NCBI GenBank assembly: GCA_001938485.1
Contig: MQRK01180445.1
Coordinates: forward strand, 133,561-193,542
DNA from: Girardia tigrina
Lineage: Eukaryota
Length of the DNA: 59,982 nt
Direction of reading: 5' to 3'
Shown: positions 39,573 through 51,498 of the stretch, one piece after another
Layout: every line of letters begins with the position of its first letter
Numbering within the stretch: position 1 is the stretch's first letter
Notes under the pieces: model-generated
Databases searched by the model: none
The model's input: the letters and a program-made list of their open reading frames with translations, nothing else
Told to the model about the DNA's origin: nothing
Made by a program: the position numbers and the translations under genes

Positions 39573-41202
39573 CCGTGCGATTCATAAGTCGTCGTCTCAA
39601 GATATGTAACTATACTGCGATGTAATGTAAAACTTTTTGAATATGATATAAATGTATTACGGCATTGTTTTTTTACGCAGTACAATTTGAAGACATGAAA
39701 AGAAAAAGGTTTTACAATAATTGTTCAAAATGTTCACCATTTTTCTGCAAACACAGATTGCATCGCTCCACAAAATTCGTGTAGCATTTTCAAATGATGC
39801 GGTGATCGATGTCTGATAGCACTCTTGAAATGGCGCCTTGTAGTTCGTCGAGATTCAGATAGTTATTTTCGATGGCGTAAACTCGATCTTTGACGTAACT
39901 CTATAGCCAAAAGTCAGGTATCGTCAAATCGGGAGACCAAGGCGGACATTCCTGGGGTCCTCTACGACCAATCCATCTTTGTGGGAAATGTTCATCCAGC
40001 CACGTTTGCACTGCAATGCTGAAATGCGGGGATGCGCCATCATGTTGATACCAGTATTGCGTGTTATCCCCAACAAAAGGCAGCAACTTTTGATTCAGAA
40101 CGTCGACATATCGTACCTGGTTCATTGTTTCACGGATAATACTGAAAGTTATTCCAAGGTCGTAGGAAACAGCTGCCCAAACAGTTAATCCCAGCGATTT
40201 CATAGGCACACGAATCAAACGATGTTCATTCTCTTCAGAATAATAAAAAGATTATGCTTTCGCACATGTCTATTAAGGTAAAACGATGCCTCATCAGAAA
40301 AAATAATTCTTCTGCAAAAATTGGTGCCATTTTCGTTGATTATCCAAGAACAAAATTCAATTCTTCGATCTTGGTCATCTTCTGTTAACTCTTGTTGAAA
40401 AGAAAACTTGAAAGGCTTTACCTTTTCTTGCTTGAGGTAACGATGAACAGAACTCTGCGAAGTGCCAAGGACACGTGCAACCCCTCGTTGATTTGCAGTA
40501 TCGTTTTCTTTCACATACTGAACAACACTTTCCTTCATGTGTTCATCAGATGGTCTGCCTAATCGCGCTTTTGTTGACAAATTACCCGTTTCTTCGAATT
40601 TCTTCTTCCAAAGCTGAACCGTTGTTCTCGGTGGCGGTTCACGTTTGAAACGCTCTTTAAAACTTTGACACGCTTTTGTGCAGCTTTCATAAACGATTGC
40701 ATGACTAGTGATGAAAACTTTATCTTTAATAGAAAATACGACATTTCCACTTGCTTCAGTCATTGTACTGGCAGTTGGTGCATTTGAATAAAAGTGAAAG
40801 TACACAAACTAATATCAAACATTTAAAATTTCAATTTCATAGATATTGAATAACTGGATAATCAATCAATAGGCCGTAAACAATCAAAGGAATATAATTG
40901 AATATGAAAGTCTGCAGAAAACCATAGCTTTTCTTTGCTTTATAAGAGAAAAGGTTGAGTCAGATATCGATCACCGCATCATTCGAAAATGCTACACGAA
41001 TTTTGTGGAGCGATGCAATCTGTGTTTGCAGAAAAATGGTGAACATTTTGAACAATTATTGTAAAACCTTTTTCTTTTCATGTCTTCAAATTGTACTGCG
41101 TAAAAAAACCATGCGTAATACATTTATATCATATTCAAAAAGTTTTACATTACATCGCAGTATAGTTCCATATCTTGAGACGACGACTTATGAATCGCTC
41201 GG
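39573..41202 (-). mobile_element. Full-length DD41D (rosa/VS-type) Tc1/mariner element with ~244-bp TIRs; transposase disrupted
   Basis: TA target duplication. TIRs 39573-39816 and 40960-41202 are near identical. IIFSDEASF, VWAAV and QHDGASPH...SPDLTIPDFWL motifs, with 41 residues between the second and third Asp. Frameshift at ~40230 and in-frame stops. Confidence 0.92.
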
Positions 41203-42903
41203 TATATACATATAAGATAATTATTTAAAATGTCGTATAATTTCTTTTAAAAATAATATTCTAAATAGTCCAATCAAATCCTAATTAAATAAAAGATAAA
41301 ATATAAAATAATTTTTTAGTAAATGAAGAAATTATTATTTTATTATGTCTAGTAGAAAAAAAATATTATATTAATATCTCTTTCAATAAAAAATAATGCT
41401 AAAAGTGCTTTTAACGTTTAAATTTTAAAAATATTATACTATTTAAATTTTTCTATTATTTATCTAACTTTGTATACGTTTTAGTTATATTTTTATATAA
41501 ATATTATTGGATTTGATTTTACTATTTTAAATTTAATAAAAAAATTAATTTTTTAACATTTTTTATAAGGCTTGACGACCCCTGTTTTAGTACATCATAT
41601 TGTTTATTATAAACTAAATAATTTAAATATTTATTTACAATTGAAGAAAAATATTTCTTGAATTATTATTTGCTTATCATATAAATTTAAAATAAGTTTT
41701 TAATAGGTAATATCTTTTACATCAGTTTTAAATTCGTCTCTTGACAATAACAAGGATTATTTAATTTAAATTGTAAAAAAGCAATTTGAAGTTTTTACAA
41801 TCTTTTTAACAAGTAAACGTGTGTGTGAAATATCCGGTAGATTTCTACTTTAGTGCTTGGTATTATTGGGGAGCGGTAGTGTCAGAATGTAAACTTGGAA
41901 ACCGATGTTGCTTATTACGCCGACGAACTGAAGGAAATTTTGTATAAAATATAATTTTTTTATTTAAGGAATATTTAATTTTGATACATATTTTTTATGA
42001 CTTATAGTATTGTCAAAAAACTATGGTCTTAAAATGTCTAACAAGTAAAAGAATTTTATAGGGACAAGTGGTTCTCAAACTGTTTTAAGTAGAAAGTAAA
42101 AGTCTATAAATTTTGTCCAAGGAAGTTTGCGACTCCAACCATTATTGACAAAAGCATTAAGACTGTAGTACAAACTGTACATTTTTATTTACACTAGGCA
42201 ACTTTATTGATCGTCTTGACTGGTCTTTGCTTTACATGCCGACTTCTTCTTCAACAATACAAATCTTAAATAGTCACTATTTATGATTTCACAGATAAAT
42301 ATGATAACTTCTACCTTAACAATGGTAGGCATGGAATTATAATGTATTTGTTATTCATACACAATCATACATCTACAACTATAATTAAAGGTAAATGCAC
42401 AAAATGTTTTAATGTTTAGTTTTTCGTTAAACCCATTTTGAAGAACCTCAATTTTTGTTTCGAAATACAGCTTGAAAACTGCTGCTTTAGATTGTTCATG
42501 GTTTATTCAAAACATAATCCAAATTATTGAACTTTTTAATGACATTTTTTTCATTTCTCTGAATCATTATTGATAAAACATTACAATCCATTACTAAGAT
42601 ATGCAATCAGTAATACTTAAAATCTTTTAAATTCATAAATTAAAAAATGTTTTATACACAATGATATTTTAATAAAGCAAAAATTACTAGTTTTATTTTA
42701 CCATTTTAAGTTTTCAATTTGAAATAATTACATTATTTTAATTAGAAATTATCATCGTAGAAGATGTGACAGTCATGTATAATGATGATATTTTTAATAT
42801 AGTTTTAAGTAAATTATATTGAAATTATATATAAATAAATTTAGTGAATAAATTTAAATAAAATTGGCAAATTGTCAATTAAAATTTCTTTAAGTCAATC
42901 AAA

Positions 42904-42942
42904 GTTTATTAATTTCGACGGTTTAACCGTCATCGTCAGAAC
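42904..42942 (-). ncRNA. Minimal type I hammerhead ribozyme (PLE-associated)
   Basis: GUU-CUGACGA-U-GACGGU-UAA-ACCGUC-GAAA-UUAAUA-AAC: intact CUGANGA and GAAA core, perfect 6-bp stem II, palindromic AUUAAU stem III, AUA cleavage triplet, 3-bp stem I. Confidence 0.8.
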
Positions 42943-43172
42943 AAATGATTTTTCAAACGAAATTTACTTATATAGTGCAGTTAATGATTATGCAATCAAT
43001 ACGTAATCAGTACATCATTTAAAAACTCTCAACAAAGTTGTAGAGAGTGCAGTTTGAACGTTAATTTTAGGATCCAAAGATCTTATATATAACGCTTCAC
43101 ATGTCACTCTCTCCCAATAATTTTTAAATTGAGTGAGAGATTTTTTTGAGATTTTTAAATGAAAAATAATGT

Positions 43173-43211
43173 GTTCTGACGATGACGGTTAAACCGTTGA
43201 AATTATTAAAC
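43173..43211 (+). ncRNA. Minimal type I hammerhead ribozyme, second (inverted) copy with two substitutions
   Basis: GUU-CUGACGA-U-GACGGU-UAA-ACCGUU-GAAA-UUAUUA-AAC. The core is intact, but stem II closes with G-U and the stem III palindrome is broken. Confidence 0.7.
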
Positions 43212-43490
43212 TTTGATTGGCTTAAAAAAAATTTTTTATAAAAATAAATGTTTGCAAAATAATTTAGTTAAACTTTTTTCAAGAAATTAATTATCAAACT
43301 TGATTTAAATTATCATACCTCATATTCAGCAAATATAATATTTTAAAATATTTTAATTTTAGGTTTTTATTGAATATTTGTAAATGTATGTTCTCAAAAT
43401 ATCATTAAAAATTTTTTTAAATCAATTATTAAAATCTTTAATTATTTATAAATAAATTTCTCCTTTGAAATATATCGATATCTTGAAAAA

Positions 43491-43537
<47 letters not shown>

Positions 43538-44923
43538 AAAAATCTTTCCATAAAACTTAAATTGAAAATATAATTATTCATGATGGAGTATAAAATTTTA
43601 AAAAATATGTATTAATAAATCCTTTGAAAAAGATTTACCGTAATTATTTTAAAAAATATCAAATTAGCATTCAGAAGACTCATTTTAGTACGTATTTATT
43701 TCCAATTTAAAATTATTTCCAATGCGTGTGATTACATTTAAGTTAATTAAAATGAATGTATTACTTATAAAAAACTTATTTTAAAAAAATAAAATTTACA
43801 ATTTGAACTTATTATTAAAAACCTTTTTTTCCAATTAAGACCAATATGCCTGACAAATTTTGAAGAGAAAATGCTTTTTATCTTTTATGATTTGACTAAA
43901 AAAACAAAAATAAATGAATATTAAAGATATAAATGTTGAAAAAATTAAAACTTCAAAAAAGACGAATATAAAGAAATTTACAGTTAATATGAAACAAAAG
44001 TCAAATTTCTAAGTTATTAAAACAAATGAATTTTAATAAAAAAATTCCGTTTTTGAGGATTCTTTTGTTTTTTAGAATAAATAAATGATGTGATAAATAA
44101 AAAAATTGACTTTATTTTTTATTGACTTTTAAAAAATTTTAATAATAAATTATTCCTATTTTTTTCTGAAAATAAAACTCTAAATAAAGAAATAATTTCA
44201 AAAAAAATAAAATTTAAAATTTTTATTTATTAACATTTTGATTAGTATTTTTTCATAATTAAAAAATTAATAATATTTTTTTAATATTTACCGTTACAGA
44301 AATTTTAAAAAAAGAGAAAAGAATTTATCTATACTACTAAACTTTGAAAAATATTTTTTTTGAAATATTTTTATAATATTTATTTCATTTAGATATTAAA
44401 ACACATTAACGACCTTATTTTCGAACTTATATTATCTTTTTATTTTATTTTTTTTAAAAATTATTACCTAAATATTTTCATGCCTTTAATAATATTTTAT
44501 ATTATAATATGAAATATTATTTAACAAATTTTATCATATTGTTTTAAGAAAAAAGTATGTTTTTCTTTTTTCTTTGGTCCTTAAATAATTATACAAAATT
44601 TTCATTATCCATTTAAGCGTCAGTTTTATGGATCATTAAAGCTCATCTTTTATGGTCCGTCACGAATTAAGTTTAATTAATATTGATATTTGTTAATTAT
44701 TATTTTATTTACCGAAAATTAAATAATTTTTATTTTAAATGATATTTATCTGATACAAAAATCATCATTTTAAATTTTGTTATAAATATGCTGTTGTTTA
44801 TGTATAACAGAACGCAGTTTCAGTTTTTTTGCGATCAGGATATCATTCTGAAATTAAATTCGTTATTAAAAGAATTTAAAACACTTTAAAATAAGGTACT
44901 TTAAAACACTGTTTTATTTAATA

Positions 44924-46061
44924 ATCTTGGTGGTACCCATAACTATTTAGGAGACAACAAAAAAGAATTTAATTACATTATACTTTATTTTTAATGAATA
45001 ATAATAATATAGCTATCATTGACTTTTTGCCATCTTTTTGGTAGAATTTTAGTTTCCCAGACGTAAAATTTAGTTTCTTTTGAAGGAAAATATTCTTTCA
45101 TGTGAGTTCTAACATAATCGAAATTTTTAAATTTTTTATTCTTCGGATAATGTTCCATGGAACAGAATAACGAACATTTGGATGGTACTATGTCAGGAGA
45201 ATAAGGTTGATGTGGTAAAACGTCCTAGTTTAGTTACCTTATTTTTTCTTGGATTAATTTTGCTGCGTTCGGTTAGGCATTATTATGTTGCAATTTTACT
45301 CCTTTTCAGTTGACCATGCTTAATCGTTTTACCAACAATTTTTTATGCAATCTACCCAAAATTTGTCAATATAATTCAGCCGCAATCGTTTCTTCTGGTT
45401 TCAATAGTTCAAATTTGATGCACAAAACGCACAATAACACTTTATTTTATGTAAGGGATGGTTTAGGAATGAGTATAGCTCTTCATTTGGAAGAAGCGAT
45501 TGTTGATGTTGTACAAAACCCCTTTCTCGTTTTAAGTAACAATCCTTTGTAAAAATGGCTCACCCATATAACATCCATGCAAAGTTCTCGATTTCTTGAA
45601 GATGCATTTGAACTGTTGAAAAATTAGTTTGAATAGTGTTTGCTATTTTTTTAATCTAAGTTTGGAATTCATATCCATCAATGTTTTTAAAGCGACATTA
45701 CCGAGCGCCTACTTTGATCACCTTCAGATAAGTCAAAATAACTATTGAAAAATTTATTAAACCAACGTTAGCACTTTTTGACTTTTAAAACGACTCTATA
45801 CGCGTAAAAAATTTTGTCTTACGACCTTTGCACTAATACCTGAAACAGTATGCAATGAAGTAAAAGTTTGCCAGTTGGTTTATCGTCCGTCCTTTTACAC
45901 AAGAGTAATAAAAATGTTTAAATTCTCTTTAGTCTCTAAATTCAAGGTCATAGATTCTACAATGCTCAATAAAACACGTCTGTGCGCATTCAAGTTTTGA
46001 ACTAAACTGAAACAAATATTCCATACCAAATAAAATTGATAACTTACGGGTACCTCAAATA
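44924..46061 (-). mobile_element. Degenerate mariner transposon
   Basis: LQHNNA*P and DVLPHQPYSPDIVPS motifs (~45180-45300). Imperfect TIRs GGTACCCATAACT / AACTTACGGGTACC. Confidence 0.8.
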
Positions 46062-46396
46062 TTATCTATTTCTTGAAACTATTAGGAGAAACAGTTTTTC
46101 AATCTTTGCAAAGTATTGTATCTACACATTTTTAATTAATCTTTCAAGAAAAGATAACAAATAATCATTCGGATTTAACATTGATGTTAGTGTATGACTT
46201 TCAAGATATTTTAAGAAATTTGAAAGTAAAATCAAAGACTGATAAATTAATCCTTTCAGATATACGTCAGATATATTTGTGAAAAAAAAGAAGTACAAAA
46301 AAGCAAAAAAAAACAAAAAACCTTTAACTGAATGATAATTTGCTTTATCTATAGCAATAAAATATTTTTAATTTTATTATTTTTATCATATTTTAG

Positions 46397-46513
46397 AATC
46401 TGGATCACTTATCTTTGATAGACTTCTCAAAGAAGACAGTGGAGATTATGAATGCCGTGCGATCAACTCTGTTGGTTCCATTTTGAGCCCAAAGATGCAG
46501 TTAAAAATAAGAA
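46397..46513 (+). CDS. Internal exon of an Ig-superfamily (I-set domain) host gene
   Basis: TTTTAG acceptor, GTAAGT donor, 117 bp, phase 1 at both ends, open frame xSGSLIFDRLLKEDSGDYECRAINSVGSILSPKMQLKIR with the Ig L-x-I...D-x-G-x-Y-x-C-x-A-x-N-x-x-G signature. Confidence 0.9.
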
Positions 46514-46536
46514 GTAAGTCAAGCGTTTTTGAAAAA

Positions 46537-46615
46537 TAATTTTAAAAAATTAGAACGATGAAAAACGATGCAAGACCTTCTGAGAGTTGTCTCAATGTTT
46601 TAAATAGTTCTTAAA
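46537..46615 (+). repeat. Fragment of LTR family A
   Basis: TTAGAACGATGAAAAACGATG...TTCTGAGAGTTGT matches the reverse complement of ~30225-30264, and GAGAGTTGTCTCAATGTTTT matches ~30168-30187. Confidence 0.7.
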
Positions 46616-48855
46616 AATTAAATTAGTTTTAAATGTTTTAAAAAAATATCATTTTTAAGGATTTTTAACGTATTACATTTTTTTATCGTTACTGTCGGAA
46701 AGTATTTTGTTCGAAAAGAAAATTTGATATCTATTGGGATTAAGTTTACAGTTTTGAGCAGTATTTTCCGTGGAAAGTATAATAATATTGCATTCATTTC
46801 TTTCATTGACAATGAAGGATGTGATTTAGTTTGGTTGAGGGTTGGATCTTGATTTTTTTGATAGATTTGCAGCTGATAAAGATTAATTGTATTTTCTTTC
46901 GGTAAGCGACATTATTTTTTGCAACTTATTATATTATTTCTTATTTTAAATTAAACTTTAATAATTAATCACTAATTTTTTTACAAAGAAAAATGAGCTC
47001 TACAACAAAGAGTGCAATTATAATTGTTATTAATATTTGCATTAAAAATAAAAAAGTCCTAACAAAAAACATTCATTTTTTTCTGTTCATTATTAGCTTA
47101 TGTTATAAAGATATAATTATTATATTATAATTGTGCAAGTATTAATATAAAATCTCGATTAGTTTCCGTTTCAATAATGATGCTTTATTTATTCAATTTT
47201 ATTCAACCTTAAATTAATTTTATATTTTTCAATGAAGAAAACAATTTTTTAAAAATTCTTTTAATGAATAAAGTAAATGAAACGAATATTAAATGGTGAT
47301 AAAACAATTAATTTGAGAGAAAAAGGTAAATCGATATAAATAAAAAAATATTTTAAATTTTTACGCATAAAATAATTTATTATTTTATCAAGTAATTATT
47401 AATTATATAATTTTTTTATTTAAATTAAAAATTATTATAAAAAATATTAATTATTTTAGTTGTATAAAATTTGATATTTATTAGTTTTTAATTAAAAAAA
47501 TCTAATCATTCATTTATTGTTTCTAAATTTTTATATTTTTGAAGTTTGGCGACTTCCAATCAGTTTAAATATTGTATTTATATTTACATTTAAAATTTAA
47601 TACTTCTATTCTTTTTGCTTATTAGTTATTTAAGATATAAGACAAAAACAAAAATTTAATGATGAAGAAGAGTTTGTATAATAAATGCATTAGGTGTTTT
47701 ATGAACATTCTTAGACTGTTTTAGGGTGTAGTCTGTGAAAATGATTTTACAAATAAACAATGATATTAAAATATATGATAAGATTTTTTCAAAATAATTA
47801 AATAGTATAAAATTGAAAAATTGCTGAATAACATTGTTCTCTTGATGTTTGAGGTCTATCAGTTTCAATTTTTTCCACATGAACATAATTTTATAAGCAA
47901 ATAATCAATTAAATGAGAATTCATACTTCAACTTAGATATTCTACTCCCTGAAAACGATATTGAGCTTAAGAATAATTTAATGATTAACCAGAATTAGCA
48001 GATTATAGCTCGTGCAAAGCTTGTTGCATAGTTTTAAGCTACCTTCAACAGAGTAGATAAATTAGTCATTCCAGTAAAGAATGACTAGTTTTGTACGTAG
48101 GTTCCATGATTTCAAGTGATTTAAGTAGACTTTTTAGCATATCCATCAAAAAGACAATGAGAAATGCTTTTCCTAAAATATCCACAATTTGTTACTCTCT
48201 ATAACTTATGATTGCAAGATTAACTGGAGTAGGTATTATTAGGATTTTAGCGAATTAGTAAATTTTTGAATTTTAAAAACCTAACGTTCAAAATATTTTA
48301 AAGATAATTCATTAAAAATTTTTGTAATTGTTAAACGGAAAAGAAAAAAACATTTTTAAACATAAAATCAACAAACATAAATTAAGTAAAATAAAATTGT
48401 AAATTTTAATTTTAGTAAAATATAAAAATTGAAAAAAGTTTTGTATCTAATTCTAAAATTGAGACAAATAATAAAATAGCAAGTATGATATTAAAATTAA
48501 ATAAACGAAATCGATATTATATTTATTGTTTTTAATTATTATTAGTTTGTGCAAAATAAGAAAATATAATTCCTCGGATTTTTTTTTAAAATATCCAATT
48601 GTTATACAAATAACTTTCTAGAGTTATGAATTCTATTTTTGAAAACGAACTTAAGAGGTATAATATATATTGTTATGTTTGTGATCAAGAATAGAATTCA
48701 TAACTCAAAATATTTATTTCTATGGCAATTAAATATTTTACAAACAAATTTACGAGGAATAATAATTTCTTATTTTGCGCAAAAACCAGGTATCAAAATT
48801 TTATTATAAATATTCACATATAAATTTTAGTGAATCAACATAAATTTTTGAAGAA

Positions 48856-49245
48856 CTAATTGACGACTCTAATATCGATTTTATCGAATGCGACCGGTTC
48901 AGCGCCTCTCGATCGTCTTTTGGCGTGACACTCGAGTATATTATGATCAATGGATGAATCGTTTATCCGGTTGGAACCCGCATCAACGATCGTCAAAGAT
49001 TCGTCTGTGCCGCTCGGCCTGCTCTCACTTCCATTCCCTTGCTCGACATACTGTGACGACAATGGTTTCCTCAAGTTCGCGTCAACCTCAGTAACCATCG
49101 ATTTCCGATGTTCTTTAAAACAACTTCAGATTGGGAACGACCGATGGAAATATTCATCGAATTTATCGATTGATTTAGTGACGTTATTTCAAATATCAAA
49201 TTTCATTGCCATTTATGAGAAACAGAAGTAGAGATCGAAATTGTG
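48856..49245 (-). pseudogene. TCGA-rich coding-like fragment of unknown identity
   Basis: GC-elevated island with ORF 48856-49098 and an upstream in-frame stop. No recognisable domain. Confidence 0.2.
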
Positions 49246-50535
49246 AGAAGTAGTTGTAATATCAATATCAGAATTCCTTTTTAACTCCAAAATTTATTTA
49301 TTATAAAACAATTTTAAAAACAAATTTTTCAACTATTTCTTTAATTCATAATTAATCCGCCGATCTCTATTTTCAAATAATTTCTAGATTATCCCAAACT
49401 GCTATCAAAATAATATTTAATTTTTAAAACACATTTATGAAAATTAATAATTTATGTATATTTAGTTTTTAATGGGAATAATTATTTTTTTAATTTGTTA
49501 CTTATTTTAGACTTTTATATTGTTTTTCAAATGAAATATTATATTCTGTTTTTTAATTTTTTTTTATAAAAAAACGTAATTTATTTTTAGTATTTTAAAA
49601 TTTTTTTAACATACATTATATTTAACATTCAATTGTTTTATGTTTAAAATATTTAATTTTTAATCTTATCCTTAATTGATTTTAAAATTTTTTAATAAAA
49701 TTCAAATAAAATGATTATTTTTTTAAAAATACTGTTCTATCTGTTTTCTGTTTTAATCCCTTCATTTTTTTGCTAAAAAATATTTTAAAAATAATACTAA
49801 ATAATATTTTACAAAATATCAAATAATATTCTAATATTTCAAAAAAATTTTTATACAGAATTTTATGTATTTCACGAAACGTCCCTTAACTTTCATAGCA
49901 ATTGGTATAAGAATGAAAGCTAAAGAAATTTTCTTTCTTTGTGGATGTTCATCTTTTAGCTTCAGATATACAACCGTCGTTGGATTTTTCAAATAAACTG
50001 TTTTTGAGTGTTTTACAGTTTGCTGCATTCCGACTAAGACCGCCCCAACGATTAAAGTTGTAAAAGTAATTTTTGTTAATAATTTGGTAAATATTCAATG
50101 TATTTTTTTAAAATTTTATAATAATAATTTGTTAAAACAAAATAATTTAGATTTAATTCCACCACATTATTATTCCATTATTTTAAACAATATATTTATA
50201 TGACCATATAATAACAACATTGAACTAAATTAACAAATAAAATAGATTTTAAACCTTGAGTTTCTTCTCTCTTTTACTTAGTAATAAAGAAAATATTTAT
50301 CAGAGCGGAGTTGGATTTTTCTAATCGTTAAAAATTGTTTTGTTTTTGTGAAGGAATTATCCCATTGATCTTGTAATGGATTTATTCATTTTCCTTTCAG
50401 ATTAATTAAATGTGGTCAACGTTAAAAGTGAAAGAAAATTATCATTTTTTAATAAATAAAATTGGATTTCTCTTTTCAAACAGATTTTCTTTTGAGAATT
50501 TCTTTTACACTTTATTTGGAAATATTCCAAAATTG

Positions 50536-50570
<35 letters not shown>

Positions 50571-50749
50571 ATATTTAAGAGGAAGGCTGCTTTCCTTTTC
50601 CAATTTTGGAGATTAATCAATTGGTTATAATGTTTTCCTTATATTGTAAATCACAATTTGTCTAAAAAGTAGAAAACTCGTCTTTTGAAATTGAAGAAGT
50701 ATATATTTTTTTTATATTTGCAACATATACAGTGCTGATCTGGTTGATT

Positions 50750-51040
50750 TTGGATAATTTCGGTTGCGCCCTGTTTCTGATCCTTATTTGAAATGTCTAT
50801 TTAGCCACCTTTTTTATAAGTCTTTTTCCAGTAGTTACATTTGAAATGTTTTGCATCTTCTTTGGTATTCATCATTTTTGTTGTTTTTGTCATGTCGGAA
50901 GGGGCCACCGCTTCATGGTCTTTTCTGATGTGTCTTTTGAGTGCCTTTTGATCGGTAAACTACATGCTCCATCCCTTTTTTGTCCATCTCTCTCCTAGAC
51001 TAGTTTCGGTGTGTATGTTCTTGTTCAATAGACCCAAAGT
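50750..51040 (-). mobile_element. Degenerate relative of the zinc-finger-tailed repeat
   Basis: FTDQKALKRHIRKDHEAVAP aligns with YAEVKELNRHLRRDHEGADP (35550-35600). A second eroded finger reads KHFKCNY...WLNRHFK. Confidence 0.5.
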
Positions 51041-51498
51041 AATCTGATTAAGGAGTTCACATTGTATATTAATTGAATTTTAAAGTTATTTACATTTTTA
51101 AATTGTCTGAGTAACCAGACGGTTAAAATAAAATCTTAAAAACAACATACCAAACACAATTTTTCCGTCCAATTTCCGAGTTGCCTTGTTTGGACATTAA
51201 TTGACGGATTAAGTGTGTTAGTTTAGGAATTATCTTCCATTCTAAATCAAAAGAAAAATTAAACTTGCAAAATTTATTCAAAATCTACAAAAGGTTAAAT
51301 TTGTTATTTAAACAAATTTTCATTTTTTTTATTTTCTTTTTTTTAATTTTCCAATATTTTTTTTAATTTCGATTATAATTCGAAATTTTTAAAAAACCGA
51401 ATTTCCTATTTCTGAAAATTAAAAAATTAACAACGACACTCTCTTACACCCCCGCACGCAAGAATTTTTTAATTTTCTCTACATTTCTTTCACATGTT

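Larger units (their letters stand above)
42881..43235 (-). mobile_element. Penelope-like element 3' end with inverted pseudo-LTR
   Basis: 43015-43103 (-) translates CEALYIRSLDPKINVQTALSTTLLRVFK*, a GIY-YIG C-terminus similar to the 8.6-kb copy. ~75-bp inverted arms lie at 42881-42955 and 43160-43235. Confidence 0.85.

Noticed and set aside
47640-48240. Possible further Penelope/LINE remnant (SCGK...ETDR...SAIFQ)
   Set aside because: Too degenerate to support.
49831-50070. Candidate exon after TTTTACAG at ~50018, or minus-strand ORF 49831-50028
   Set aside because: No Ig/FN3-like peptide in any frame and no convincing donor site.
51063-51448. Complete TG...CA 3' LTR for Gypsy family B
   Set aside because: Its left end does not match the 5' LTR end at 55245-55380, so only the PPT-proximal start is supported.
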